Origin: an uncultured Anaerolinea sp. | GTDB lineage: Bacteria; Chloroflexota; Anaerolineae; Anaerolineales; UBA4823 | Direction of reading: 5' to 3' | Assembly (NCBI GenBank): GCA_964531975.1 | Contig: CAZHFU010000012.1 | Span: 12,705-76,704, forward strand | DNA length: 64,000 nt | Part shown: piece by piece, positions 56,010 to 64,000 of the stretch | How the letters are laid out: each line of letters starts with the position of its first letter | How positions within the stretch are numbered: the stretch's first letter is position 1 | Notes under the pieces: generated by a model | The model's database searches: none | Told to the model about the DNA's origin: nothing | Seen by the model: the letters and a program-made list of their open reading frames with translations, nothing else | Position numbers and translations under genes: made by a program

Positions 56010-56926
56010 CGCACCATGCGCAGCGCCACCCAATCGCCAATTTGCTTGCGTTCGGCCAATCGCAGGTGACGGCGCTCAGCGGCGGCTTGCACATCGCCGG
56101 CCTGTTCGGCCAGGATGCCGCTCAAAATCAGGCTGCCGCCAGGGGTTAAGGTCTGATCCAGACCTTCATCGAGCAGCTTGATTAATACCGGAGCCAGGAT
56201 ATTGGCGAACACCACCGGGGCCTGGCTAAAGCTGTATTGCCCGGCCAACACCTCCGCCAGCGACCCCAACCCTAGCTCCAGCTGTTGTGTCGTGGCGTTG
56301 GTCTGGGCGTTATCTTGCGAGGCGTGGATCGAATCAGCGTCAATATCCACACCCACGGCGCGGCGGGCGCCCATCAGCAGAGCGGCAATGGCTAAGATGG
56401 CCGTACCGCAGCCCACATCAATCACGTTCCAATCGCCGCGCAGCTCGTCGGCGGCGCTTTCTAGCAGCTCCAGGCACAGCTGGGTGGTGGGATGTGTGCC
56501 CGTGCCAAAGGCCATCCCCGGATCGATGCGAATGGCAATGCGCGACGGGTCGGGCGCTTCTAACCAGGCTGGCACAATCATCAACCGCCGCCCAATGGCA
56601 ATCGGACGGTAGTGCTGCTTCCAAGATTCAGCCCAGTTAACCCGCCCAATCGATTGAAACTGCGCTTCGGGCAGCGGGCGAATGCGCCCCAAATACCACA
56701 ACCCCTCCTCAATGCGGCGGCGGGTGTCTTCCAGGCGTTCATCCACCGGAATATAGCCAAACACGCGCAGCGGCCCCACGGCATGGCCTTCAGAATCGTC
56801 CATATTCGCGGAAACGCTGGTGCTTTCGATCACCACACCATCGGGGAGATAACGCGCCAACACCTCCGCCACCGATTCCGCCATTTCGCCGTCTACCGTG
56901 AGAGAAACTTCAATCCAGCTATCCAT
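56006..56926 (-). CDS. prmA: Ribosomal protein L11 methyltransferase
   Basis: WAESWKQHYRP, IDPGMAFGTGTHPTT, DVGCGTAILAI, ANILA, LSGIL. Confidence 0.95.
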   Translation of the reverse strand: MDSWIEVSLTVDGEMAESVAEVLARYLPDGVVIESTSVSANMDDSEGHAVGPLRVFGYIPVDERLEDTRRRIEEGLWYLGRIRPLPEAQFQSIGRVNWAESWKQHYRPIAIGRRLMIVPAWLEAPDPSRIAIRIDPGMAFGTGTHPTTQLCLELLESAADELRGDWNVIDVGCGTAILAIAALLMGARRAVGVDIDADSIHASQDNAQTNATTQQLELGLGSLAEVLAGQYSFSQAPVVFANILAPVLIKLLDEGLDQTLTPGGSLILSGILAEQAGDVQAAAERRHLRLAERKQIGDWVALRMVR

Positions 56927-56943
56927 GCTGCTCCTGTGGGGCG

Positions 56944-58065
56944 TTAGAACCCCAGCGTTTCTTTTACCCAGTCAAAAAAGCCGCGTTCGGCGGGGAGAAC
57001 TTCACTATCCATGGTCTCGGCCAGTTTTTCCAACAGATCGCGCTGCTCGGCGGTGAGATGTTTAGGCACTTCCACATTAATCATAATGCGCTGGTCGCCG
57101 CGTCCGCTGGCGCGCAAGCGCGGCACACCGCGGCCCTTTAAGACCAGGGTAGCGCCGGGCTGTGTGCCAGGCGGGATGATAAGCTTAGCCATAACATCTT
57201 CTACCGTGGGCACTTCCACCTCGGCCCCTAATGCCGCCTGGGCATAATTTATTTTGAGATCGAGGTTAATATCAAAATCGTGACGGCGGAAATACTTATG
57301 CGGCTGCACCTGGATGAGAATAAAGAAGTTGCCGGCCGGGCCGCCGTTTTCGCCAGGTTGACCTTCACCTGCCAGGCGAATTTGATTGCCCGAATCGACG
57401 CCGGCCGGGATGGGCACATTCTTGCGGACGGTTTTGCGCTCTAACCCGCTTCCATTGCACTGCGAGCAGGGCGAGGAAATTAACGTCCCATGGCCGCGAC
57501 AAGTGGGGCAGGTGGAAACCTGCACCATGGAACCCAAGATGGTTTGGCGCACCTGGCGCACTTCCCCGGCTCCCTTACAGGTGGTGCAGGTGGTGGGCTT
57601 AGAACCGGGCTTAGCGCCGCTGCCGGCGCACACCGAACACACCTCGTCGCGCGTAAATACGATTTCCTTCTCTACCCCGAAAACGGCTTCTTTAAAAGTC
57701 AGTTCCAGGCGATAGGATAAATCGGCCCCGCGGCGGGGAGCGTTGCGCATCTGCTGCGAGCGTCCGAAGCCGCCCAGGTTGAACAGATCGCCCAGAATGT
57801 CCGACCAATCCATGTTGTTCATATCGGGCATGCCGCTCCCATTGCGCACCCCGGCATGACCAAAGCGATCATAAGCGGCGCGCTGGTCGGGGTCGGAAAG
57901 GATGGCGTAGGCTTCGTTAATTTCTTTGAAATTTTCTTCGGCGTCGGGCGCTTTATTCACATCCGGGTGAAATTGGCGCGCCAAACGCCGGAAGGCGGCT
58001 TTCAGCTCTTCCGGCGTGGCGCTGCGAGGCACCCCCAGAACTTCATAGTAATCGCGTTGTGCCAT
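56944..58065 (-). CDS. dnaJ: Chaperone DnaJ
   Basis: J domain with HPD; four CxxCxGxG repeats. Confidence 0.97.
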   Translation of the reverse strand: MAQRDYYEVLGVPRSATPEELKAAFRRLARQFHPDVNKAPDAEENFKEINEAYAILSDPDQRAAYDRFGHAGVRNGSGMPDMNNMDWSDILGDLFNLGGFGRSQQMRNAPRRGADLSYRLELTFKEAVFGVEKEIVFTRDEVCSVCAGSGAKPGSKPTTCTTCKGAGEVRQVRQTILGSMVQVSTCPTCRGHGTLISSPCSQCNGSGLERKTVRKNVPIPAGVDSGNQIRLAGEGQPGENGGPAGNFFILIQVQPHKYFRRHDFDINLDLKINYAQAALGAEVEVPTVEDVMAKLIIPPGTQPGATLVLKGRGVPRLRASGRGDQRIMINVEVPKHLTAEQRDLLEKLAETMDSEVLPAERGFFDWVKETLGF

Positions 58066-58086
58066 GGTCCTCGCTGAGTTTACAGG

Positions 58087-59982
58087 TTACGAACGGAACT
58101 CGCCGTCCACTACATCTTCGCCGGCCGGGCCGCTGTCGCCGCTGGGGCCGGTTTCGCCGCCCGCCGGCGCGGTGGGGCCTTCTTGCTGGTAGGCCGCTGC
58201 CCCAACCTGCTGTAAAACCTGGCTCAGAGCTTCGGTGGCCTGGCGAATCGCTTCGGTGTCTTCGCTGCCGAGCAGCTGCCGCACACTGGCCGCCTGGCTT
58301 TCCACCTTCTGGCGCAGATCGGCGGGCACTTTATCGCCCAAATCGCGCAGCACCTTATCGGCGGAATAGGCCATGTTATCGCCATTGTTACGCGCCTCAA
58401 TCAGCTCCTTGCGCTTGCGGTCTTCATCGGCGTGAATTTCGGCGTCTTTGCGCATCTGCTCCACTTCGCGCTCGTTTAGGCCCGAAGAGGCGGTGATGGT
58501 GATATGTTGGCTGCGCCCACTGGCCTTATCGGAGGCCGTGACTTTGATAATACCATTGGCGTCGATATCAAAGGTGACTTCGATTTGCGGGATGCCACGC
58601 GGGGCGGGGGGAATGCCATCCAAAATAAATTTGCCCAGCGACTTATTATCCGCCGCCATGGGGCGTTCGCCCTGCAGCACGTGAATTTCCACCTGCGACT
58701 GGCTATCCGAAGCGGTGGAGAAAATTTGGCTTTTGCGGGAGGGAATGGTCGTGTTGCGCTCAATCAGAGGGGTGCTCACGCCGCCCAGAGTCTCTACCGA
58801 AAGGGTCAGGGGAGTCACATCGAGCAGCAAAATATCCTTAACTTCGCCGCTTAGCACACCGGCCTGGATGGCTGCGCCAATCGCCACAACTTCATCGGGG
58901 TTGACGCCTTTGTGCGGCTCCTTATTGAACAGGCGGCGCACGGCTTCTTGCACGGCGGGCATACGCGTCATCCCGCCCACCAGCACCACCTCGCTGATCT
59001 TGGAGGTTTCCATCTCGGCGTCTTTAATCGCCTGGCGCACCGGCTCAAGCGAGCGGTCGATCAGGTCTTGGGTGAGCTGCTCGATCTTGGCGCGGGTTAG
59101 GGTCATCACCAGGTGCTTCGGGCCGCTGGCGTCGGCAGTGATATAAGGCAGGTTAATTTCGGTCTGCATCACGGTGGAAAGCTCGATCTTCGCTTTCTCG
59201 CCGGCTTCGCGCAGGCGCTGCAGAGATTGGCGATCTTTGCGCAGATCAATGCCGGATTGATGCTGAAACTCGGTAGCCAGGTATTCGACAATGCGATGAT
59301 CGAAATCGTCGCCGCCCAAGAAGGTATCGCCGCTGGTAGAGCGCACCTGGAACACGCCGTCGCCCACGTCCAGCACCGAGATGTCGAAGGTTCCGCCGCC
59401 CAGGTCGTAAACGGCTATCACCTCGTCCTTCTTCTTATCCAGGCCATAGGCCAGGGAAGAAGCGGTGGGTTCGTTGATGATACGCAGCACTTCCAAGCCG
59501 GCGATCTTACCGGCGTCTTTGGTGGCGTTGCGCTGAGCATCGTTAAAATAAGCCGGAACCGTAATAACCGCTTGCGTAACCGGCGACCCCAAGAAGGCCT
59601 CGGCGTCGGCGCGCAGCTTCCCCAAAATCATGGCCGAGATCTCCGGCGGGGAATATTCCTTACCGTCCAAAATCACGCGCACGTCGCCATTTGGCGCTTC
59701 GGCCACCTTATAAGGCACCCGGGCGATGGCTTGCTGCACTTCCGCATCCTTAAATTTGCGCCCCATGAAGCGCTTGATCGAAGAAATGGTGTTCTCCGGG
59801 TTCACCACGGCCTGGTTGCGGGCCACGCGCCCGATGAGGCGTTCATGATTCTTGTTAACTGCCACGACCGAAGGAACCAGCCGTTCCCCTTCGGCGGAGG
59901 GAATCACGGTAGGTTCGCCGCCTTCCATTACCGCCACAACTGAGTTGGTGGTTCCTAAGTCGATGCCAATGATTTTTGCCAT
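58087..59982 (-). CDS. dnaK: Chaperone DnaK
   Basis: [41 protein letters not shown]. Confidence 0.98.
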   Translation of the reverse strand: MAKIIGIDLGTTNSVVAVMEGGEPTVIPSAEGERLVPSVVAVNKNHERLIGRVARNQAVVNPENTISSIKRFMGRKFKDAEVQQAIARVPYKVAEAPNGDVRVILDGKEYSPPEISAMILGKLRADAEAFLGSPVTQAVITVPAYFNDAQRNATKDAGKIAGLEVLRIINEPTASSLAYGLDKKKDEVIAVYDLGGGTFDISVLDVGDGVFQVRSTSGDTFLGGDDFDHRIVEYLATEFQHQSGIDLRKDRQSLQRLREAGEKAKIELSTVMQTEINLPYITADASGPKHLVMTLTRAKIEQLTQDLIDRSLEPVRQAIKDAEMETSKISEVVLVGGMTRMPAVQEAVRRLFNKEPHKGVNPDEVVAIGAAIQAGVLSGEVKDILLLDVTPLTLSVETLGGVSTPLIERNTTIPSRKSQIFSTASDSQSQVEIHVLQGERPMAADNKSLGKFILDGIPPAPRGIPQIEVTFDIDANGIIKVTASDKASGRSQHITITASSGLNEREVEQMRKDAEIHADEDRKRKELIEARNNGDNMAYSADKVLRDLGDKVPADLRQKVESQAASVRQLLGSEDTEAIRQATEALSQVLQQVGAAAYQQEGPTAPAGGETGPSGDSGPAGEDVVDGEFRS

Positions 59983-60032
59983 AATATCCTCCGAAAATTG
60001 AACAACGATGGGTTGAAAAAGCCATCGCCCCC

Positions 60033-60554
60033 TTAGCGGGCGACACGCACGGTGGCCGGGCGCAATACCCGGTCGCCCATGAGATAACCTTGCTGAAGAA
60101 CTTCGATGATTTGCCCGCTTTCATGTTCTGGGCTATCTTCCATTGCCACGGCTTCATGCAGGTTGGGATCGAACATTTCGCCCAAAGCTGGCATGGGTTT
60201 TACGCCTTCACTATCCAAATACTGCAGCAGCTTCCGATAAATCAACTCGATGCCATCGGCCCAAGCCGCCGACTGACCCTTGGTAGGGCGGTGTTTAAGG
60301 GCGCGCTCCAGGTCATCGACCACGCTGAGATAGCGCTTAACCACGTTCGCCGTGCAGGTTTGGTAGACTGTGGCCTGCTCGCGTTCGATGCGCCGCTTGT
60401 AATTAGTAAACTCGGCCAGCGAGCGCTGCCAACCTTCCAGGTTCACCTGGGCTTCTGCTTGAGCCTGGGTAAGCCGGCTTTGCAGGTCTTCCAATTCGGC
60501 GTCTAGTTCGCCGTCATCATGGGAGATGGGGGTCTGTTCATAATTATCTGTCAT
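60033..60554 (-). CDS. grpE: Nucleotide exchange factor GrpE
   Basis: [32 protein letters not shown]. Confidence 0.96.
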   Translation of the reverse strand: MTDNYEQTPISHDDGELDAELEDLQSRLTQAQAEAQVNLEGWQRSLAEFTNYKRRIEREQATVYQTCTANVVKRYLSVVDDLERALKHRPTKGQSAAWADGIELIYRKLLQYLDSEGVKPMPALGEMFDPNLHEAVAMEDSPEHESGQIIEVLQQGYLMGDRVLRPATVRVAR

Positions 60555-60563
60555 AACGGATGA

Positions 60564-61607
60564 TTACTCCTGTTCTTCATTTAGCATATCTTCCACCAAC
60601 TCGCTTAGCAAGTTAGACATAAAGCGCACGGTAGAGATGGTGCGGCTGTAGGGCATGCGCATTGGCCCCAAAACACCCAGTGTGCCGGTGGTTAAACCCG
60701 GAACGCCGTAACGCGCCAGCACCACCGAGCAATCGCGCAGCTCTTCCCAGGCGCCTTCGCCGCCGATCAACACCTGCACCCCGTTGTGCTCACCGGCCAA
60801 CACCGTGCGGTGCAACAAGTCTTCCAGCAAGGGGCGTTCTTCAAACAAACGCAGGGCTTTGCGCGCATTTTCAACCTCGCCAAATTCCGGCTCAGCCAAC
60901 ACATGCGTCAGGCCGTCGCGATACAGCTCGCCCATACGCACTTGTTCGCCGCGGCGCATTTCGTCCAGCACCAGGCGGCGAATATCGGTCTCCAGCGCGC
61001 CCTGCGGGGCTAACAAAGCCGATACCAGGTCGCTGTTCAAACCGGGGGCCAGTTGATTGAGATAGCCAGCCACCGCCGAAAGCTGCTCTTGCGAGACCGG
61101 CTCGGCCAGGGTTAACATCTGTTGAACCACCTCGCCGCCCGAAAGCACCAACACCATCAAGACCTGGCGTCCACGGGTCGAAATCAATTCCAGGTGCTTG
61201 AAGACCGGGCGGTCGGGATGGGGGGCGGTAACCAAAGACGCCGCCTGGGATTGATGCGCCAGCACCGACGCCGCCAGACGCATCCAACGATCCAGATCGG
61301 CCCCCACCTGGTAGAACTGGTGGGTGATGGTGCGCTTGGTGGGCGCTGGTAGATCGGTGTTGCCCATCAACTGGCGCACAAAATAGCGGTAGCCCTCTTC
61401 CGAAGGCACTCGTCCGGCGGAGGTGTGAGGTTGACGCAGGTAGCCCTGCTCGGTAAGCGCCATCATTTCGTTGCGCACGGTTGCAGAGCTAAATTCCAGG
61501 CCATAGTGTTTTACCAGGTGCACCGAACCCACCGGTTGGGCGGTTTCGATATAATCGCGTATCACCAGGGCCAGGATAAATTTTTGGCGTTCTGTTAATT
61601 CATTCAT
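60564..61607 (-). CDS. hrcA: Heat-inducible transcription repressor HrcA
   Basis: YIETAQPVGS, SSATVRNEM, QPHTSAGRVPS, LGPMRMPY; ATG 61607. Confidence 0.96.
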   Translation of the reverse strand: MNELTERQKFILALVIRDYIETAQPVGSVHLVKHYGLEFSSATVRNEMMALTEQGYLRQPHTSAGRVPSEEGYRYFVRQLMGNTDLPAPTKRTITHQFYQVGADLDRWMRLAASVLAHQSQAASLVTAPHPDRPVFKHLELISTRGRQVLMVLVLSGGEVVQQMLTLAEPVSQEQLSAVAGYLNQLAPGLNSDLVSALLAPQGALETDIRRLVLDEMRRGEQVRMGELYRDGLTHVLAEPEFGEVENARKALRLFEERPLLEDLLHRTVLAGEHNGVQVLIGGEGAWEELRDCSVVLARYGVPGLTTGTLGVLGPMRMPYSRTISTVRFMSNLLSELVEDMLNEEQE

Positions 61608-61627
61608 CTCTAACGCCTCTACGAAAA

Positions 61628-61654
61628 TTAGCACTCAAAGAGCGAGAGTGCTAA
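61628..61654. promoter_or_regulatory. CIRCE element (HrcA operator)
   Basis: Perfect TTAGCACTC-N9-GAGTGCTAA. Confidence 0.98.
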
Positions 61655-61667
61655 CACAACAGATTGA

Positions 61668-61696
61668 ATCATAACATGTGGTAAAAAGTGTGTCAA
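61668..61696 (-). promoter_or_regulatory. sigma70 promoter of hrcA operon
   Basis: Minus strand TTGACA (61691-61696), 17 nt, TATGAT (61668-61673). Confidence 0.88.
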
Positions 61697-61921
61697 GCGG
61701 GCCATGAATTTCTAACACAAAGTTAACTCCGCCATCTAAACTGCAAGGACATCTTCACAAGGAAGGCCGGCCGCCCTACGCTGCGGCCGAGAAAAGATAG
61801 CCGGCGCATCCGCCCGCCAGAAATCTCCCCCATCGAGACAGGCAATTCATCTTTCTCAGGCATGTTAAAACCGGTATAATCAAGCATATCGACGTAAAAT
61901 TCGCGTATAGAGGAGGCGCTA

Positions 61922-62842
61922 GTGGAAATACTAGGCATCGACATTGGCGGCACAGGCATCAAAGCCGCGCCGGTGGATACCCAAACCGGCGAATTGCTGG
62001 CGCCGCGCAAGCGCATTGTCACCCCACAACCCTCCTTGCCCGAACCGGTGGGCCAGGTGGTGGCGCAGCTGGCCGAAGCGTTTGAATGGAAGGGCTGGAT
62101 TGGCTGCGGATTTCCTGCCGTGGTGATGCACGGAAAGGTAATGAGCGCCGCCAATATCTCTAAGAAATGGATTGGCGTAGACGCGGCCGCCTTGCTCACC
62201 AAAACAACCGGCTGCCCCACCTGGGTGCTGAACGACGCCGACGCCGCCGGTATGGCGGAGGCCGACTTTGGCGTAGGCCGCAATGTCGCCGGTTCGGTGC
62301 TTATCATCACCATCGGCACAGGTTTAGGCACGGCGCTGTTTGTGGATGGACGCCTGGTTCCCAACCTGGAGCTGGGCCACATTGAACTCGATGGGCAGGA
62401 CGCCGAAGCTATCGCCTCCGACGCCGCCCGCCGCCGCGATGATCTTTCATGGAAGAAGTGGGGCAAACGCTTCAACCGCTACCTGGCGCAGCTAGAAATG
62501 CTGCTCTCGCCCGAACTGATTATCTTAGGCGGCGGCGGCAGCAAAGACTTTGAAAATTATCGCCAATATCTCACCACGCGCGCAGAAGTTAAACCTGCCC
62601 AATTATTGAATAACGCCGGAATAGTAGGAGCTGCCATGGCTGCACAATTGCACTTTGCCGAGATGGGCCAACCCGAACCGGAAAGCCGGCCCCAACCCGA
62701 CGGCCCCAAGAAAGAAGGGGGACACACCAGCAAAGAGGGCCGTGAACTGGAAGAAGAGATGAAGAACGATCCCAAACGCCCTGGCGTCGAAGATAACACC
62801 TTCGAAGTCATCGACCCAAACACAGAATTGACCCCCGGCTAA
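61922..62842 (+). CDS. ppgK: Polyphosphate glucokinase (ROK family) with C-terminal extension
   Basis: GIDIGGTGIKAAPVD, NDADAAG, TIGTGLGTALF, PNLELGH, LNNAGIVGAA; GAGGAGG SD. Confidence 0.88.
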   Translation: MEILGIDIGGTGIKAAPVDTQTGELLAPRKRIVTPQPSLPEPVGQVVAQLAEAFEWKGWIGCGFPAVVMHGKVMSAANISKKWIGVDAAALLTKTTGCPTWVLNDADAAGMAEADFGVGRNVAGSVLIITIGTGLGTALFVDGRLVPNLELGHIELDGQDAEAIASDAARRRDDLSWKKWGKRFNRYLAQLEMLLSPELIILGGGGSKDFENYRQYLTTRAEVKPAQLLNNAGIVGAAMAAQLHFAEMGQPEPESRPQPDGPKKEGGHTSKEGRELEEEMKNDPKRPGVEDNTFEVIDPNTELTPG

Positions 62843-63000
62843 GCAGACCGCCCGGCGCGCCCGGCGGCCCCACACCGGTGGGCGCGCCGGCAGGCTTCAA
62901 CGCTGCCCTCCGCCAGGCGAGGTCGCTGTGCAAGCGGCGGTCGCTAAGCGATGTGACCGCGGTAAGATCAAGCGTTTTTCAGGCAAAATGAGGTGCTAAT

Positions 63001-64000
63001 TTGGAATTTAGCCGGCAGGCTGGGGTGGCGCTGCTCGACAGTGCGCTTTTGTTAGGGTGCGCGATGTATGCCATGCGCCGGCAAGCATTTCGCCCCCAAA
63101 CGGCGCGCCTGGCGGTCATCTACGCCCTGCTGGCCGCCGGTTGGGCGGCGCTGCACGGCCTCGCCGCCCCCGGCGGATGGTTGGCCGCATCACCCTTCCT
63201 GCTGCTCAGCAGCCTGCCCTGGCTGGGCTTACTAACACTCAGCATGTTCTTCCTGCTCTTCACCCGGCTTAGCCTGGGTTACGAGCAACATTGGTGGGCA
63301 TGGGCGGCGGCGGCCGCCGCCTGGCCCACGCTGGGCCTGGCCGCCGCATCTGGCTTGCTGCATTTACCCGACCGATTGGTTTTCGCAAACGGCGCAACCC
63401 TCACCTTGCCCGCCCTGCTGCATGCTTGGGTTATCTTTGGCTGGGCGTGGGCGTCGGCGCTTAGCATTTTCCTGACGCTGCAGGCGCTGCGTCAATCCTC
63501 GCGCTTTTTCACCCTCAGCTCATATTGGGTCATCGTCTTGTTAGTGGGCCTGCCAGGCGACGCCCTCTACCTGTGGCAGCCCAGCCTGGCCGGCCTGGTG
63601 CTGCGTTCAATCGCCGCCGGCCTGGCCGTTTTCGCCGCCGGCTCGCCGCGCATGCCCGAAGTAAACCATGTGCTGCGTCACTGGCTCAGCCGATTGATCT
63701 ATTTTTTGCTGGCGGCATTGATTTTCACCGGTCTATTTGGCCTGGTTTGGCTAACCGCGCAAGCCCGCCCTGGTTTGCCCGGCTTGTGGGTGGCGCTGGC
63801 CGCCGCGCTGCTCACCGCTTTGCTCATCGATCCGGCGCTGCTGCGCGCCCGCCGCCTGCTCAAACGCTTGATCATCGGAGCCGCCGAAATCCCCAACTCC
63901 AACAATATCTTACGCCAGTACAGCCAATCTATCACCAATATCCTCGACTTGAATTTGTTAGCCACGGTGGCCGTGGCGACCACCAGCGAGTTATTGGAAG
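63001..64000 (+). CDS. Multi-TM membrane protein, probably N-terminus of a GAF/histidine-kinase sensor; runs off the window (absent from ORF track)
   Basis: Frame open from TTG 63001 (GAGGTG SD) to window end; many hydrophobic segments, then ILRQYSQSITNILDLNLLA as seen at the start of GAF modules. Confidence 0.7.
   Translation, partial: MEFSRQAGVALLDSALLLGCAMYAMRRQAFRPQTARLAVIYALLAAGWAALHGLAAPGGWLAASPFLLLSSLPWLGLLTLSMFFLLFTRLSLGYEQHWWAWAAAAAAWPTLGLAAASGLLHLPDRLVFANGATLTLPALLHAWVIFGWAWASALSIFLTLQALRQSSRFFTLSSYWVIVLLVGLPGDALYLWQPSLAGLVLRSIAAGLAVFAAGSPRMPEVNHVLRHWLSRLIYFLLAALIFTGLFGLVWLTAQARPGLPGLWVALAAALLTALLIDPALLRARRLLKRLIIGAAEIPNSNNILRQYSQSITNILDLNLLATVAVATTSELLE

Overview
A 64-kb, GC-rich bacterial chromosomal segment. 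Protein types (C-terminal YLPLI-type tail, FGE/LysM kinase, conserved small acidic protein, metG with KISGS) point to Chloroflexota, probably Anaerolineae-like; this is inference from recalled family features, not a database result. I found no CRISPR array, transposase, integrase or prophage. Housekeeping content: tRNA-Ser(TGA), murJ, rdgB, yceD, metG, pgm, nfi, rho, polA, polX-PHP, and a CIRCE-controlled hrcA-grpE-dnaK-dnaJ-prmA operon. Three accessory blocks stand out: (i) an aldehyde:ferredoxin oxidoreductase divergent from a deoC/dehydrogenase/ROK sugar cluster; (ii) a six-gene Ser/Thr phospho-signalling operon (FHA, Zn-ribbon/pseudokinase/PP2C, vWA, two Zn-ribbon-FHA proteins, and a kinase with LysM and FGE-like domains); (iii) a GntR-led operon with a corrinoid protein, three non-pyrrolysine MttB-family methyltransferases, two peptidases and a translationally coupled AlkA glycosylase. 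The most novel-looking signal is non-coding. Upstream of metG is a near-consensus sigma70 promoter, a leaderless 26-codon peptide with three Met codons (MPMGM), mutually exclusive antiterminator/terminator pairings and a strong U7 terminator. This is the full geometry of a methionine-sensing ribosome-mediated attenuator. Also notable: at least seven genes with a -10 box 6-7 nt before the ATG (leaderless mRNAs), a 37-aa membrane micro-protein missed by the ORF track, a PolX and a thermonuclease with lost catalytic residues, and a cryptic lytic-transglycosylase-like protein.
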